A DNA stretch of 64,000 nucleotides from Sphaerodactylus townsendi (lineage: Eukaryota). The notes below the pieces were generated by a model. It saw only the letters and a list, made by a program, of their open reading frames with translations. It searched no databases and was not told where the DNA came from. How positions within the stretch are numbered: the first letter of the stretch is position 1; each line of letters opens with the position of its first letter. The stretch spans positions 21,762,001-21,826,000 of the forward strand of contig NC_059439.1 of the NCBI RefSeq assembly GCF_021028975.2. The letters are read 5' to 3'. This document shows, piece after piece, positions 35,832-50,300 of the stretch. A program made the position numbers and the translations under genes.

Positions 35832-36625
35832 ATGCCCAATCTGGAACCTGAGCAGCTGTCCATCAGGGAAATGAGAGAGGATGAGGCGTCAATTGTTTTG
35901 GAGCTTTTGAAGGTGAGACAGAGAGCATCCTTGGCTATCCATCCCTTAATCGCTTCTTTCTAAAGTCAAATAAGGGTTTTTCCATCTGCTGTGTTTTTTT
36001 CTTGTCAAGCTCCCCTCCCCTTAAAAAAACCCAGTACAATCTTTACCTCACTTGTCTTTCTGTTTGTTTCTCCTCCCACCAGGATGGATTCAAGGACACA
36101 GAAAACCGTTTGATATTGTATGTGCTGACGCGGCCATTAGCTCTGCTGTTGATGGCCGTGGTGAGCAGCGGCCTACGCTTCTTCCTGAACTCTTTTGTGG
36201 TAGCGCTCGTGGTGCCGGTGCTGGTCACCGTCGTGGCTCTGAAACTCCTGCTGTGGCGTTCGCCGGACCTGAAGCAACTGTATGCCTATTACAGCGCTGG
36301 CCACCGTGGGCTCTGGGTGGCTGTGTATGATGAAGACGATGTGTGCGGCTGTGTGGCTCTGGAGCCCCGGGATGAGGAACCCCACACTGCCGAACTCAAA
36401 CGCTTGGCCGTTAATCGCTGGTACCGGCGTTCTGGTGTGGGCCGCCACCTCCTCAGGTTCCTAGAAACTCAGGCTCGTGCTCAGGGGTTCAAGTTCCTGG
36501 TGGCCCAGGTGTCCGTTGTCACCAAGGCGGCCATTGGGCTCTTTGAAAGCAGTGGCTACAGCGTGAGGAGTGGGCGCCGGTGGCTGGGGTACACTGTTCA
36601 GCAGGTGTTCAGCAAGGAGCTGTAG
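35832..36625 (+). CDS. NAT14: N-acetyltransferase 14 (GNAT), 207 aa; coding exons 35832-35912 and 36083-36625
   Basis: Kozak gccgccATG; MPNLEPEQLSIREMREDE...LK|DGFKDTENR...; hydrophobic segment; acetyl-CoA motif RWYRRSGVG; C-terminal LGYT...FSKEL as in NAT14; phase-0 GT-AG intron. Confidence 0.95.
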
Positions 36626-37211
36626 CATCCGCACCTATGGATTAAGTGTCCGAGCTGCTCCAGGGACAGTGTTTGGTGTTGATTTGGGGGAAAGCACAAA
36701 GTTCCCAAAACAGGCTGTGCTGGGCAAGCCATCTCTAGGCTTCAAGCATGGTGGCTTTTTTCTGCCTGGGATGCTACAGTGCTGCACACCATCAGACATC
36801 GCTCTGGATAAAGGACTGTTGTTTGAGCCCACAGCCGATCATTGCATGCCATGGCCTGTCCGTGAGGAGTTGCAAGGACAGCCATCCCAAATATTTCTCC
36901 CTCATTTTGGGGAACTGGAATAGACACCATCTGTAACCTTGTCATTTGTTTCAGGCTGTGTATAGTCTGCTGGGAACATCCAGTTCTTTTGCAGGATGGC
37001 CTCAAGTCCTATGATCAGAGTCACTTACACATATCAAACTAGCTGGCACAGTTGCTTTTCATAATTTATCCTCATACAGAAAACATTACACGTAGTACTT
37101 CAACCTGACCAGCAAGTTACTTCCCAACACAATTGCAACAACAACGTTTGCAACCCCAAGAAGCACACTCTCACTCCCTGCTCCCTCCTCTGGTAACGTA
37201 ATTAAAGCTAA

Positions 37212-37352
37212 GGCCCCTTCCGCACAGGCAAAATAATGCATTTTCAAACCACTTTCACAACTGTTTGCAAGTGGATTTTGCCATTCCGCACAGCTTCAAA
37301 GAGCACTGAAAGCAGTTTGAAAGTGCATTATTCTGCATGTGCGGAATGAGCC
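37212..37352. mobile_element. PIF/Harbinger MITE
   Basis: TIRs GGCCCCTTCCGCACA / TGTGCGGAATGAGCC; TAA TSD on both sides. Confidence 0.88.
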
Positions 37353-38092
37353 TAAGATTTGAGGATGTTAAAATTCTGGAGACTGGTGACAGGCCTATCC
37401 TTGTTTTTGTATTTTTTTAGGAGTCTGAAAGCAACCCTCTTCCTTGCTTTTTCAATCAGCTGCTTATTTGAGGTTTTGTCAGGCTGTATACATACAGGCA
37501 TAATTTCAGTGGCAAGTCTGCTGGAGAGGCATCTTCTCAGTTGTTGAGAAGTTGTGTACAGCTGCCTCTTGGGAACAGCTTCCTTGCTTGTTTGAACATA
37601 TATAATTGTGTTTGATTTGGGTACTTGAGTTTTTTTGCAGGATTTGTGAGCAGTGTTTGTTAAGAAGAAAGAAGCAGGGAAAATGTCTAGAGACCTGCGT
37701 TATTTATTTATTTAAATGCGGAAGCATAGCCTTATTTGCTGCCATTTTGGTGTGCAAAGGAAAATACATATGGATGGGAGGGATGAGGACTCTCATTTAC
37801 TCTCCCAGATGAGGGGAAAGTATCAGCCCCAGTTCTCTGCCCCAAGGAACCGATGAGCACGTGAAAATGGCCTTGCCAAGCCCCAGCCAAAGCATGCCAC
37901 TCATGGCTCTCCAGGTTTGTCCCAACCACTGGGCACTTGCGCTGAAGCCGGATACAGATGCCAGATGTTAGCAACGCCCAGGTTTGCATGTGTTTCTGAG
38001 GAGTTTGAAGAAAGACCAAGTTTTTTGCTACCGAACTTTGGCTTGTGAAATTAACAAGGGGGCTTTCAGTCTCTTTGCAAACCAACAAAGGG

Positions 38093-38542
38093 AGCAGCAG
38101 TGATATAATGGTTAAGAGCAGGTGCATTCTAATCTGGAGGAACTGGGTTTGATTCCCTGCCTTGCCGCTTGAGCTGTGGAGGCTTATCTGGGGGATACAG
38201 ATTAGCCTCCGCACTCCAACACATGCCAGCTGGGTTACCTTGGGCTAGTCCAGGGGTAGGGAACCTGCGGCTCTCCAGATGTTCAGGAACTACAATTCCC
38301 ATCAGCCCCTACCAGCATGGCCAATTGGTCATTCTGACAGAGGCTGATGGGAATTGTAGTTCCTGAACATCTGGAGAGCCGCAGGTTCCCTACCCCTGGG
38401 CTAGTCCCACTTCTTCTGAGCATTCTCAGCCCCACCTACCTCACAGGGTGTTTGTTGTGAGGGGGAAGGGAAAGGAGATTGTCAGCCCCTTTGAGTCTCC
38501 TTACAGGAGAGAAAGGGGGAATATAAATCCAATTCTTCTTTT
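38093..38542 (+). mobile_element. Squam3-like SINE interrupted by an hAT MITE
   Basis: SINE head at 38093, tail ...ataaatccaattcttctt; insert at 38251-38398. Confidence 0.85.
38251..38398. mobile_element. hAT palindromic MITE
   Basis: TIRs CAGGGGTAGGGAACC / GGTTCCCTACCCCTG; 8-bp TSD GGCTAGTC. Confidence 0.92.
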
Positions 38543-40694
38543 CGTAACACAGGAGAAGGTATTTGACTCAGGAAATATCAGTTCCTTTGTGGAAGCAACA
38601 TTGTGAGGTAGATTTAGAATTAGTGTCACTGTTGAACTTCACAACTGTGGCTGGATTTGAACTCGTCTCCCTGATTGTAACCTAGACCTCCTAACTTGTA
38701 AAAGTAGGCTTGCAGTATATGGTGGTTATTCTGACGATGATAGGATGTTTTAATGTGCTCTGGAGTTCATTACAAGGAAATATATATGTTTTCCAATGTA
38801 AAGAGGGGTTCCTTTCTATCACCGGACTGCTTGTGTGGAGGGAGGGGAGCTGATACCTAATAAATAATAAAGATATCAAGCCATGGGAAAAGAATTACCT
38901 TTTCTTAAATGGGAGGAATTGTGTTGGTTTTAATTGCATGTTTTATTTACATCACTTGGAAATTTTAGTTGTGTTTCATGTAAAACTTTCTCAGCATGGT
39001 TTCCGTTTTGATCGAAAAGCAAATGAAGATTCTGTGCACACAATAAATGATGAATTGATGACTGGGATGGAAATCAGGTGGCCTCTGTTTCTTCTGTGGT
39101 AGGAATCAAGCTTTGAAAAGTCACCAAGGACAGCTCCACATTGGTCTCAAGGCAGACTACCCTTGCACTCAATAAGTCTGAAGTCTGCAGGGAATGAGGC
39201 TGAATTCCAGCTACAAAGAGCGTTAAGAGGATGGCTGAAAGTTATTCCCATTGATTCCAAACTTTGTAGGACTTCATTTGTGGTTATGCAGGGCAAATGG
39301 GGCTGAGGAGGCACTCTTCACAGTCTCAGAAGAACTGTCCCATTACCTCACATATTCTAGGACTGAGCACTGGCCTTTCAAAACAGTTTCCAAAACCAAA
39401 CAAATGCTTTGAAAAATTGACGCCTATACACAGATGCTATCACCACCACAGCAGTTGGGTTGCTTTAATTTTCCTGCTCATTACTTCATCCAAAACAATA
39501 GCAGTCAGACGTTGACGGAAATTAGCTTGCATGTTTCGCTGTATTTTGCTGAATTGTTATGGTTACTCCTTAGCGTGCCAGGAACGATAAAAACTGCTCT
39601 GGCTGCGCAAAGCCATTTGTGTGCAGGTGTTTAAGCCACAGATGTGACTCGGGATATTCAGCATTTGTTTCTCCACATTGCCACAGAGGAGCCGTTTTCT
39701 GATGGGCCGTGGCATCGTCTGCCAGGCAGTTCCATTATGAAACCTCCCGCACTGAAGCTGGGTCTGGAGGTTGTCTGTTCTGTCTTTCCTAAACACTGCA
39801 AGGCACCAGTTCTCAGGCTGTCCTGGCTGGGACAGAGCGTGTGACTCATATTTCCTGTGAGTTGCTTTCCCTGTTGATGGGTTTTGGCTCCTGCTTTTCT
39901 TCTGCTGCTCCGTTACTAGCCAGCATTGGGCTACATTTGATCCTCACGTGGGTGTGAAAAATGAAATGCAAGCTTTTCTGAAGTACAGAATCCTTTGCAG
40001 ATTCTGGAGAGTGCGGAAGGCTAATCTTGTTGTTTAGGATTATTTTTATATAACATGTTTTTCTCTTTCATTTATATCCCCCCCTCAAAAAAAATACACC
40101 TGAAGATCAATACACAGAGTTTGGCCCTCATATTTGAATGCATTCTGTGCCTTTCACAGTTGCATGGCAGGCAGAAATTCAATAGATGATGTGCGGAGTT
40201 ATGAAGACACCCACAAAAAGGGAGAAAAATGTGTGGGGGAGGCGGAGAACATAGAGATGTAGTAGGAGGCAGAAGAAAATGGAAGGAATGCACACATGCG
40301 TGGTGGGTTTTCAAAGGCAGTTTTGAATCGACACAAGTATAGAAGAATTGTATCAGAAACAAATAGGAGCATCTTAAAGTCTTACGTTGCAGGACCATCC
40401 ACAGCTTCATAAAGTGCTGCTAATGTGGTCCATTCCCCAAAGCCTCACAGAAACATAGTTCTCGGCTGGAGCTGGTGGGAAGCCCTCCTATCAAATACTC
40501 CGAGACAGAATCTCTTCTTCCCAGGCTACAGACTGGAGGCCACCCGGCCCACAGCAAGCAGGGGTGTTCCCACTTCCCTTTCTGCCTGGCTGACTCACTG
40601 CCTGGGTCCTTGGTCTTGTGTCAAAAAGGGCTTCTGCTCTCCAGTGCTTCCTTCACACTGACTCAGTCAGGACGCTGGTCCTGACTTGGACACT

Positions 40695-43600
40695 ATGCCG
40701 TGCCTTCTGTTCTTTCTAGGTGAGTTCCTGGGTGATGCTGTGATTCTCCTAGCGAGCAGCCAGTCTTCTTGGGGCAATGGTGGGCTTACTCTGAGCCTTC
40801 ACCAGCAGTATTGAACATAGAGGTTTGGGTTAAAAGCAGGTATGTGGAGAGTGGGAAGCAGGTCACTTGGACATCTTCCACAGCTTTGAGCTGCTGGTAC
40901 CATGTAGCTGGCCAACAATGGAAGCAAACCACTGGTAACTGGTGTGTATGTCCCACCAGCATTCAGTGGAATGACAGAGGGAATTGGGAGGGTGAAATGG
41001 AAACGGAGTTTGTGATCTGTGACATTAGCTCTTGTGCAACCATAAGTAAGATTCTCTTGCTCTTGAATTCATCCAAAACTGTTAAGGTTTCTACCATGAA
41101 GTTTCAGGTGAATCCTAGTGTATCCTGCAATGCAGAGAATTCCCTGCCATGATTGGGGCTGACATGGGAGGGGAGGGGGAAGGCTGAAGCCACACGGGGT
41201 TCCCTCCCTCCAGGTGGCACCTGGCAATCTCCCACTATTACAATTGATTTCCAGGGATTACCAGAAATCCCACTGAGACAATTGATCTCCAGGCCACCAA
41301 GTTCTCGTGGAGAAAATGGCTGCCTTGTAGGGTGGACTCTTGGACATTATACTCTGCTGAGGTCCCTCCCTTCACCAAACCTTGTCATCCTCAGGCTCTA
41401 TATACCCAAAATCCAGGTATTTTCCAACACAGAACTGGCAACCCCAAAGCCACATCCAACCAACCCCTTCCATCCTGAACCCAATTGGGAATGCCAGCCT
41501 CCAGGTAGGAGACCTAAAGATCCCCCAGAATTACAGCTTTTATCCAGAACTACAGAGATCAGTTCCACTGGAGAAAATGGCTACTTTAGAGGGTGGACTC
41601 AGGGGCTTTATATCTCACTGAGGTCCTTGGCCCCCCGAGGCCTCCATCCCCAAACCTCCTGGAATTTCCCAGTCTGGATCAGGCAGCCCTTATCCCTCAT
41701 CACCTGCCATTGACCATGGGATCCTGGCAACCCTAAACCCAACCCTATTTGTTGCCATCCAGCCAACCACATCTCAAGACATCTGTGTTTTTGTTGGTAT
41801 GATAAGTAGTGTTATCATTTGTTAGTGCGATAAGTAGTGTTATCATTTACAAAATTATGGTTGAGAATGTGTCTCTGAATGCTTATGCAGATAGGATGGG
41901 CCTTCTGTTTAGTCTTGTCCTGATTTGTAATCCTTTCCTTTGTTTTTCAGCTGCTTTTCTCCAATTCTGTACTACAGGTAAAACAGCTAAAAATTCCTTT
42001 CTGCTGCTAGTGAGGGATACAACACTGTCTAGTGAGCTGTAGACAGGGACATCTGTAGAACAGCTGATCTGTGAAAATGGAGGGCTGGTGTTGTCCATTA
42101 TCAGGGGACTAAGGATTTTGCTAACCACCCATAAAATATAAATCATAGAACGAACATAAATGATCAGGTGACCCACACAACCATGTGGGGTGATAAATTG
42201 GTGTATGGCAGTAGACTAGGAGGAGGTGGTAAGCTTAGGATTGCCCATTCTGGGTTGGGAAATTCCTGGTCAATTGGAGTCTGTGGAGGGCAGAATTTGA
42301 AGTGGGGAGGGGCTTCAGCAGGAAAGTGATAAAGTGATGTCATAGAGTTAAGGAGTTTCCCAACCTGGATCTGGCAGCCCTACCATGGCCATGGTCTGTG
42401 CTCATCATTGCCTCCCAAACCCATGCCACTCACATCTTGCATGCATTTGCTTCCTTTGTGAACTGTTCTGGGCTCTATGATGCTGCTCTGGATCTCACTG
42501 AAGCCTCATGGGAGGATGATGCTTCTACTTTCAGTAAGGGCTTTGGTTGAGGCCAAAATACATAGCACGTTTGTTCACTAGATGACTCTGGGTTTCCTGA
42601 ACTTGACATTTTCCATGTACTCACACACCTGGTATAGGAATATCATTTTAAAGATCAGAGGCAGATGTATTCTGTTTGAACAGCTGTTTGGAGGGAGGAA
42701 AGGTACCTGCCTGCTCCCCACACCCATGCCCAGAATTATTTGCATAAATTTGGAGAAATATGCTTGGAAAACTCCATGTTTTGCCCCAGCCCCAAAACCC
42801 TTTAGTGCAGTAGTTCCCAACCTTTTCCCACCCATGTACCCCTTGGCAACCCATTTCCCTAAAATTGTATCCCCATATTATCAAACCCATTACGTAATTT
42901 CTTGACATAACCCCCAACTGCTCTGTTGCATACTCCTGGGGGTATGCAAACTCCACGCTGCGATCCACTGATCTAGTGAAGAAACATGTCAGATATTTTG
43001 GTCCTAAGCCTTCACTCCTTTTGAAGATAAGAGAAGGGTTGTCAGTTTCTTTGACCTCTAAGTCAGTTTCTTTGACCTAACAAGTTTTTGCCCAAGGGAA
43101 ACTTATTGTAAGAAACAATATTGTTTAGAAAATTCAAAGGAAAGTCAAAGTAGACTAGAATAAGGATGGAACGGCTTTCATGGTGGGATATGAGCTTTTT
43201 AAAATGAATATACTCTCCTCAAAGAGGAAGAGAACAGACTGATCTCTCTGTGAATTGGTAACCTCCCCTTATCTCAGCAGATTCATTCTCAGTACGTCTG
43301 TCAGGAAGTCCAAATCTCTGCATAGGACGGGTGGAAGTCTTTCACCGAGGCAAATGGGGGACAGTCTGTGATGATGAGTGGGACGCACTAGATGCTGCTG
43401 TGGTGTGCCGAGAACTGGACTGTGGGGAGGCTCTTTCTGCACCCCATGGTGCCTGGTTCGGTGAAGGCAGTGGTCCCATCTGGCTAAATGAGGTGCGTTG
43501 CAAGGGCACTGAGCAGCACCTCCACGGCTGCCGCCATAAAGGCTTTCGCAGGCACGTCTGCACCCATGAAGAGGACGCCAGCGCCATCTGCTCAGGTGGG

Positions 43601-44312
43601 GCTGTCATGAGAGAAAACCTCACTGCTATTTTGGTTCCACAGGAGGAGAAAGGAGAAAGAAACATCTTGCTACTCTGCCAAAGCCTGATTTATTAAATTA
43701 TCATACCCTTCCTCCAAAGAGCTCAGCATACACAGTCTCCTCTCAAGTTTTCCCTCACAACAAAACTGTGATGTTTGGTTAAGCTGAGGGAAAGACAGGC
43801 CCATTGGCTGAGGGAAAGACAGGCCAATTGGCCATGCTGGCAGGGGCTGATGGGAATTGTAGTCCACAACATCTGGAGTGCCAAAGGTTTGCCACCACGG
43901 ACCTAGGAGGACATTGTGAGCAAAGGGATTTCTACACGGAGGAAGTCTTAACACAATCTGGTTTGAAGAAGCCAGAAACTATACCCTTCAGNNNNNNNNN
44001 NNNNNNNNNNNNNNNNNNNNNNNNNNNNNNNNNNNNNNNNNNNNNNNNNNNNNNNNNNNNNNNNNNNNNNNNNNNNNNNNNNNNNNNNNNNNNNNNNNNN
44101 NNNNNNNNNNNNNNNNNNNNNNNNNNNNNNNNNNNNNNNNNNNNNNNNNNNNNNNNNNNNNNNNNNNNNNNNNNNNNNNNNNNNNNNNNNNNNNNNNNNN
44201 NNNNNNNNNNNNNNNNNNNNNNNNNNNNNNNNNNNNNNNNNNNNNNNNNNNNNNNNNNNNNNNNNNNNNNNNNNNNNNNNCCCTCCCCGAAGGGGGAGTG
44301 GGGGGGTTGGTC

Positions 44313-44376
<64 letters not shown>

Positions 44377-47300
44377 GATGAAGTTTGGCTGTTCTGCATA
44401 GCCCTGCCCTGTGCTCCTCCTTAGTGGAGAGTGTTACATCCTCACCCTGATGGAGAAACGTATCCAGCTGGTTGACTGCTTGTTAGCAGTAGGGTTGCTT
44501 GTGAGATTTGTGCTTGATGAGTAGAAGCTGGGTATAAAACTATGCCATCAGCAACTGTTGACTCTTCCCTAATAAAAAGAGTTCTGTAGCTTGCTTAAGC
44601 TCTCTGGTCCACAAGCCTGACTGAACTCTCCCCCTTTCTCCCTTCACAGGTCAACACTTTTCTCCTTTCACTGCCTCTTCTCCTCCTCCAACTGTCAGAG
44701 ATGACAAACTGGAGGCAGTAATGCCTGCAAGACCAGCAACTTCTGTACCTTCAGAGGGTGAGTGTGCAGGCAACCTACCACTTCCCTGGTTCACCTGCCA
44801 AGTATCCATTTCTAGAGTTGTATTAAAAGATACCAGGTTGGGTCTCCAATTTTGGTTTGGGGAAGTTGGGGGAGCATAGTTGAGAGAGGATAGAAAGCCT
44901 AGTGGAGATGTGATTTAGGCTTGTCACCCTCCAGGAGGGGCCTGAAGAGCACCATGACAGCTGGTATCCAGGCTATAGAACTCAGTTCCCCTAAAATGGC
45001 TGATTTGGAGGGTGAATTGTTTGGCATTATATCCTATTGAGGGCCCTTCCTTCCCCATACCTCACCCTCCAGGCTGTACCCTACCCCACCCTCCAAAATC
45101 TCCCAGCATTTTCTATTCAGGATTGGGTAATCCTAGAATTTCCATTTGTCTCAGATTTTATGGTATACCATAGAACCGTGGGGGCGAACCTTTGGCACTC
45201 CAGATGTTATGGACTACAATTCCCATCAGCCCCTGCCAGCAAGGCCAATTGGGCATGCTAGCAGGGGCTGATGGGAATTATAGTCCATAACATCTGGAGT
45301 GCCAAAGGTTCGCCAGCACTGCGCATAGAATTTACCCTTCAGTGCTATCTCCTTCAGAGAAACTGACCTCTGTAGTCTGGAGATTCTTGGAGAATTGTGG
45401 AACCCTTCTAGACGTTGGTAACCCTACACTGGGGCAGAGATACTACACTAAGCCCAGGCGGGGTTCTCATCTGACAGTGCCCTCTCCGACTGACTGTTTT
45501 GTTTGGTGTTGACTTGGAAGAACCACTGCAGAGGAGACTTTTCTGCTCCGGTTCCATGTGGTAAACATGGCACTTGTTGTAAGAAGACAAGTTACCAAGT
45601 GTTTTTCAGGGTATTTGGATCTATGTTTTCTGGTGGGCACCTTGTTGCAGTTTGTTTTGTCTATTTTGATAATGGTGTTCTGTGGTTTGGCTTGAATTGG
45701 GTGAGTGGAGGAAAGGGGTGCACCTTCTTAATGATGTCTCTCTTCTATCTTTAACTATAAATTGATACAGCAAAATTCAGCAGGAGAAGCTTCTGATTTG
45801 GTGGGGCTTGGACTTTTTGTTGAAGACACAACGTTTATCAAAGGGCAACCACATTACTCTCCCCTATCTTACAATGTGCTACGAAACTGAGAAGATGTAG
45901 ACCAAGCTGGTCATGTTAAGGTGTCTGCCAGAGCAATTATTTCCATTCCTTGGGTTGGATCCATGCAACTCTTCATCTGGTGAAAAAAGGAAGAGGGGTC
46001 CCCTTTCACCTCATAAAAAACTATGCTGGGAATTATGGGACCACCACTGTGTGAGGAGGCTATAGTGAGGAGGAACGCTGAACAAGACTGAGGGGAAAAG
46101 CCAGCTGGATCCCATCCTTTGTTTCATGAGGTTGTTTCACAAGACTTACTCAGCAAAAACTGCGAAGAACATGACCTTTGGTTGCTATATCCCTTTCTTT
46201 CCCTTATTACAGGAACTCCTCTTGCCCTGCGCCTCGTAGGTGGCAGAAGTCGCTGCTCTGGCCGGGTGGAAGTTCTTCATCAGGGCCAATGGGGGACCGT
46301 GTGTGATGACATGTGGGGACTTCCAGATGTCACTGTCATCTGCCGTGAGCTGGGCTGTGGAGAGGCCCTGGCCGCTCCAGGCGGTGCCATTTTTGGCGAG
46401 GGCAACAAGGTGATTTGGCTGGATGATGTGCAGTGCCAAGGTGGAGAGTCAAAATTGACAGAGTGCCTTGCCAGTCCATGGGGGACGCACAACTGCCGAC
46501 ACAATGAAGCTGCTGGGGCTGTGTGTTCAGGTAAGATTGGCCTGGCAGGGGATGTATAGTTAGGTAGTTACCTCTCCACTGTTAGTGTTGCCAACCTCCA
46601 GGGGCCACCTGGGGATCTCCCACTATTGACTTTAGCTGACAGAGATCCATATATATTCTGAATTATTGTGTAACTCCTGCTTTCTTAATACATCTTCTCC
46701 CCATAGATGAGATGCCCCTGACCATGGTGGAAGAACACCTGGCCACACTTGTAAACACCTTGGCACCTCAGAGACCCCAGCCTATACCCCACAGGAGATC
46801 TCCACGTCCTACTCAGCCAACAAGCGATCAGGTGGAATATGTAGCTCATGAAGCATCACGGCATGTAGGGAAGAGCTCAACAGAAGGACATTTGAAGGCA
46901 ACACTGGTTGGTGAGTAGGGTAAAAACAGGTGGATGCCTTTATTATGCACTTCCAAACAATTGCTCAGGCACTGTCTTTTTTTTTTTTTTTGCTATCAAA
47001 TCAAAGCTGATAATGGTGGCCCTGTCAGGTTTTCAAGGCAAGAGACACTGGGAAAAGGTTTGCCATTGCCTGCCTCCAGGCTGTCTGTCTGTCTGTCCTT
47101 CTTCCATCCATCATCTATTTATTTATTTATAAATTAAACTTAAAGGCCGCCTCATCCCCGAAGGGCTCGATGCGGCTCACAGTATGGCTGTTCTAGCGAA
47201 CAGCAAATCAGCAACATAAAACTTAAACCCCTTAAAACCTATGCAGCAATTATAAACAACAAATATAGATTAAAACAACAAAAGTTTTTTAAAACAAAAG

Positions 47301-50300
47301 TTGTTTAAAACAGGCGCCCGATCTAAGGCCAAAAGAAAGGGAGGGAGTAGGCAGGGCCCGCGATGGAATCAATAGATCAGGCCCAATCGGAATAGAAAAG
47401 ATGGAAACAGGCAGTCTATGGCCCTGGTATTCCTTGGAGGTCTCCCATCCAAATACTAACTAGGACCAACCCTGCTTACATTCTGAGATCTGATGAGTTC
47501 AGGCTACAACAAAAATACCATGTTTGACAGACCACGCTTTAACTACCATACTTACTCGAAAGGAAGACAACTGTTGGAAAAAATGACACAAATATAATGT
47601 CCAAAACTGTTGAATTTATTGTATGATCTCAGGAGACCCCAAAGCTGAATCTTGAATGGAGGTACTGCTCCCAAGTTCATTTATAGTCTTTCTAATAGAA
47701 ACCTACAACAAGAATTAAAATTTGGACATTTCCAGTGAAACTGACTTTCTATTATCTTTCTACTCTATTCCCTATAAGATAGAAAAGAAGGTATAAATCC
47801 AAACTCTCCTTTTTCTTCTTCTAAGTAATCAAATAATGTGTCTTTACTTACTTCCATAGGTGGAAGTCTGCATAGCTGTGATATCTACATTTTTTGTTCA
47901 GCACACCATATTTCTGAGTATGAGAATTAGAAGTTTTTGAGTAGGTGGATAGCCAAAGGTGAAGTATGACATGAAATGTAGGAGCTGTGAAGTCTTGTGA
48001 TGTAACCATTTCTCTTTCCTGCTTTCTTTATCTCAGGACAGTGGCAGGTAAAGCTGGTGGGAGGCTCCGGATCCTGTGCTGGAAGGGTGGAGGTTCTGCA
48101 TAAAGACACCTGGGGTACTGTGTGTGATGATGGCTGGGACGTGTTGGATGCTACGGTGGTGTGTCGTGAGCTGGGCTGCGGGTCCCCACTTCTCAGCCCC
48201 GGAAATGCACTATATGGGCCAGGAACTGGACCCATCTGGTTAGATGATGTCAACTGCACTGGGAAAGAGTCCACACTGCAACACTGCCAATCCCAGCCCT
48301 GGGGGCAACACAACTGCAACCATAATGAGGACGCTTCTGTCATCTGCACAGGTCAGGGGAGCTACTCAGTTGCTATTTAGTTGTATTTAGTGCTTGGTTC
48401 CAGGCATGTAGGCCTTGCTCCAAAAAATCCAAAAACAGAGAGGCAGAGAGATTTACAGTCTAGGAAGATCATCATGATTACTTACATACATACATAAAAC
48501 CTTTATTAGGCATAATACCAATATAACAACCACCATTATCCAGGCAAATGTTCCATACATAAAACCATCACAGGTATTATTCCAAAGTTCCTAAAAGGAA
48601 CCTAGCTACAGAATTTAAAATCACAGAAGAAGAGTTGTTTAGTAGGAATGCAACCTTCCCAGCAACAGAGTATTCCTTAAACTTAGCAGGAAGAAGAGTC
48701 AAAAGCCTGGTCCATGATTACTTTCTCCCGTCTGAACTTATGTAGTTAGACAATAACAGAAAATTCAGGAAGGGATTATAAATGGTTTAAAGAGAGTTGA
48801 AAACTTTCTTTTAAGGAGACACATGTTGGCTGTTGTGCATTTTCCAGACTGTGTAGCTGTGCTCTGGTAGTTTTTGCTCCTAACATTTCACCCACATCTA
48901 TGACTGACATCTTCAGAGGAACATCATGGTAGGATGAGTTTCTCTTCTCTGTTTCTTACTGTGACATGCCTCTGAAGATGTCCGCCATAGATGCCGGCAA
49001 AATGTTAGGAGCAAAAACTACCTGACCCCAGCCACAAAGTTCAGTAAACCCACAAAAGCCAGTAAATTCTGGCCATGAAAGCCCTCGACAAGACATGATG
49101 CCTTTGTACCAGGTGTTTGGGCTGCAATGGAGAATTATTCTGGGTCCCCCTCCCCAGATTCCAAATGACATTGTTATCAGCCCATGTGTTCTAGTGTTTG
49201 CTGTGTTTTTATTTTATTTCTATCCTGCCCTTTCCTGGCCAGTGCAGATAACAGCAGTACAATAAAATGTCAGCACAAAAACAATATAATATCATTAATT
49301 AATGTTTAGAATAATAACCTCAACTTGAAGAAGAAGAGTTTGGATTTATACCCCCCCCACCTTTCTCTCCTGCAAGGAGGCTCAAAGGGGCTTACAATCT
49401 TCTTTCCCTCCTCCCCGCCAACAACAAACTCCCTGTGAGATAGGTGGGGTTGAGTGAGCTCCGAAGAGCTGTGACTCGCCCAAGGTCACCCAGTGTTGGA
49501 GTTCACAGGCTAAACCAGTCCCCCAGATAAGCCTCCACAGCTCAAGTGGCAGAGCAGAGAATCAAATCTGGTTCTCCAGATTAGAGTGGACTTGCTCTTA
49601 ACAACTACGCCACTTGCTGTATATATTTTTTAAAAAAACTGAACATAACTCAATTTTAACACTTCTCTTTCCTGCGCAAATATCCTTTAGGCTTTGCAGA
49701 TCTACTCTTTTTTTCTTCGAGTCTTTCTTGGCACAGTTGTTTCCTGAACTCAGCAATGATGTGTCTCTTGTGTTTTCCAGGCATGTGGAAGCCCCTGTCT
49801 TTTACAGAACCTGCCATCATGGATTCAAATACAGCTGAACTGATTCCCCACACACAGGCACCAAGTTCTTCAGACAAGTCAGGGCTGTATAACATTTTGG
49901 ATACAGCTGAGGCTCCTACGCAGGGTGTACCTCCTGCTTGGGAGATGCTATTTCCTAGTCCACAGCACCCCGATGAGCTATTCCTGCCTCCCACAGATGG
50001 GATGGAGCTAGAAGATGAGAATGAAGAGCCAACAAGTCTTTGGAACGTTCAGCAGACAACCTCCGATGAAGAAATTCCACAAGATGTTCATCACACAGAG
50101 TTAACCAGTCCCCCAAAAGCAAGGTCATCCACACACCGCAGTGGACTGGAGCTCACTGACTCCTCTGTCACAGCTCAGTCACTTTCAGCCCTGTGGGATC
50201 TGGAATCTGAGAGAGAAGCTGAGCCATCAAGACCTCCAAGAACAGTCATGCTCGAACAAGGCCTGAAGGATGCAGTGGATACGGAACCTTCCATCCAGTG

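Noticed and set aside
43804-44424. Poly-Ile ORFs
   Set aside because: Translation of an N gap plus the (AAT)n microsatellite.
47425-47505. 5S rRNA-like sequence (also ~14420, 10290, 61410)
   Set aside because: Degenerate and attached to SINE bodies; not rRNA genes.
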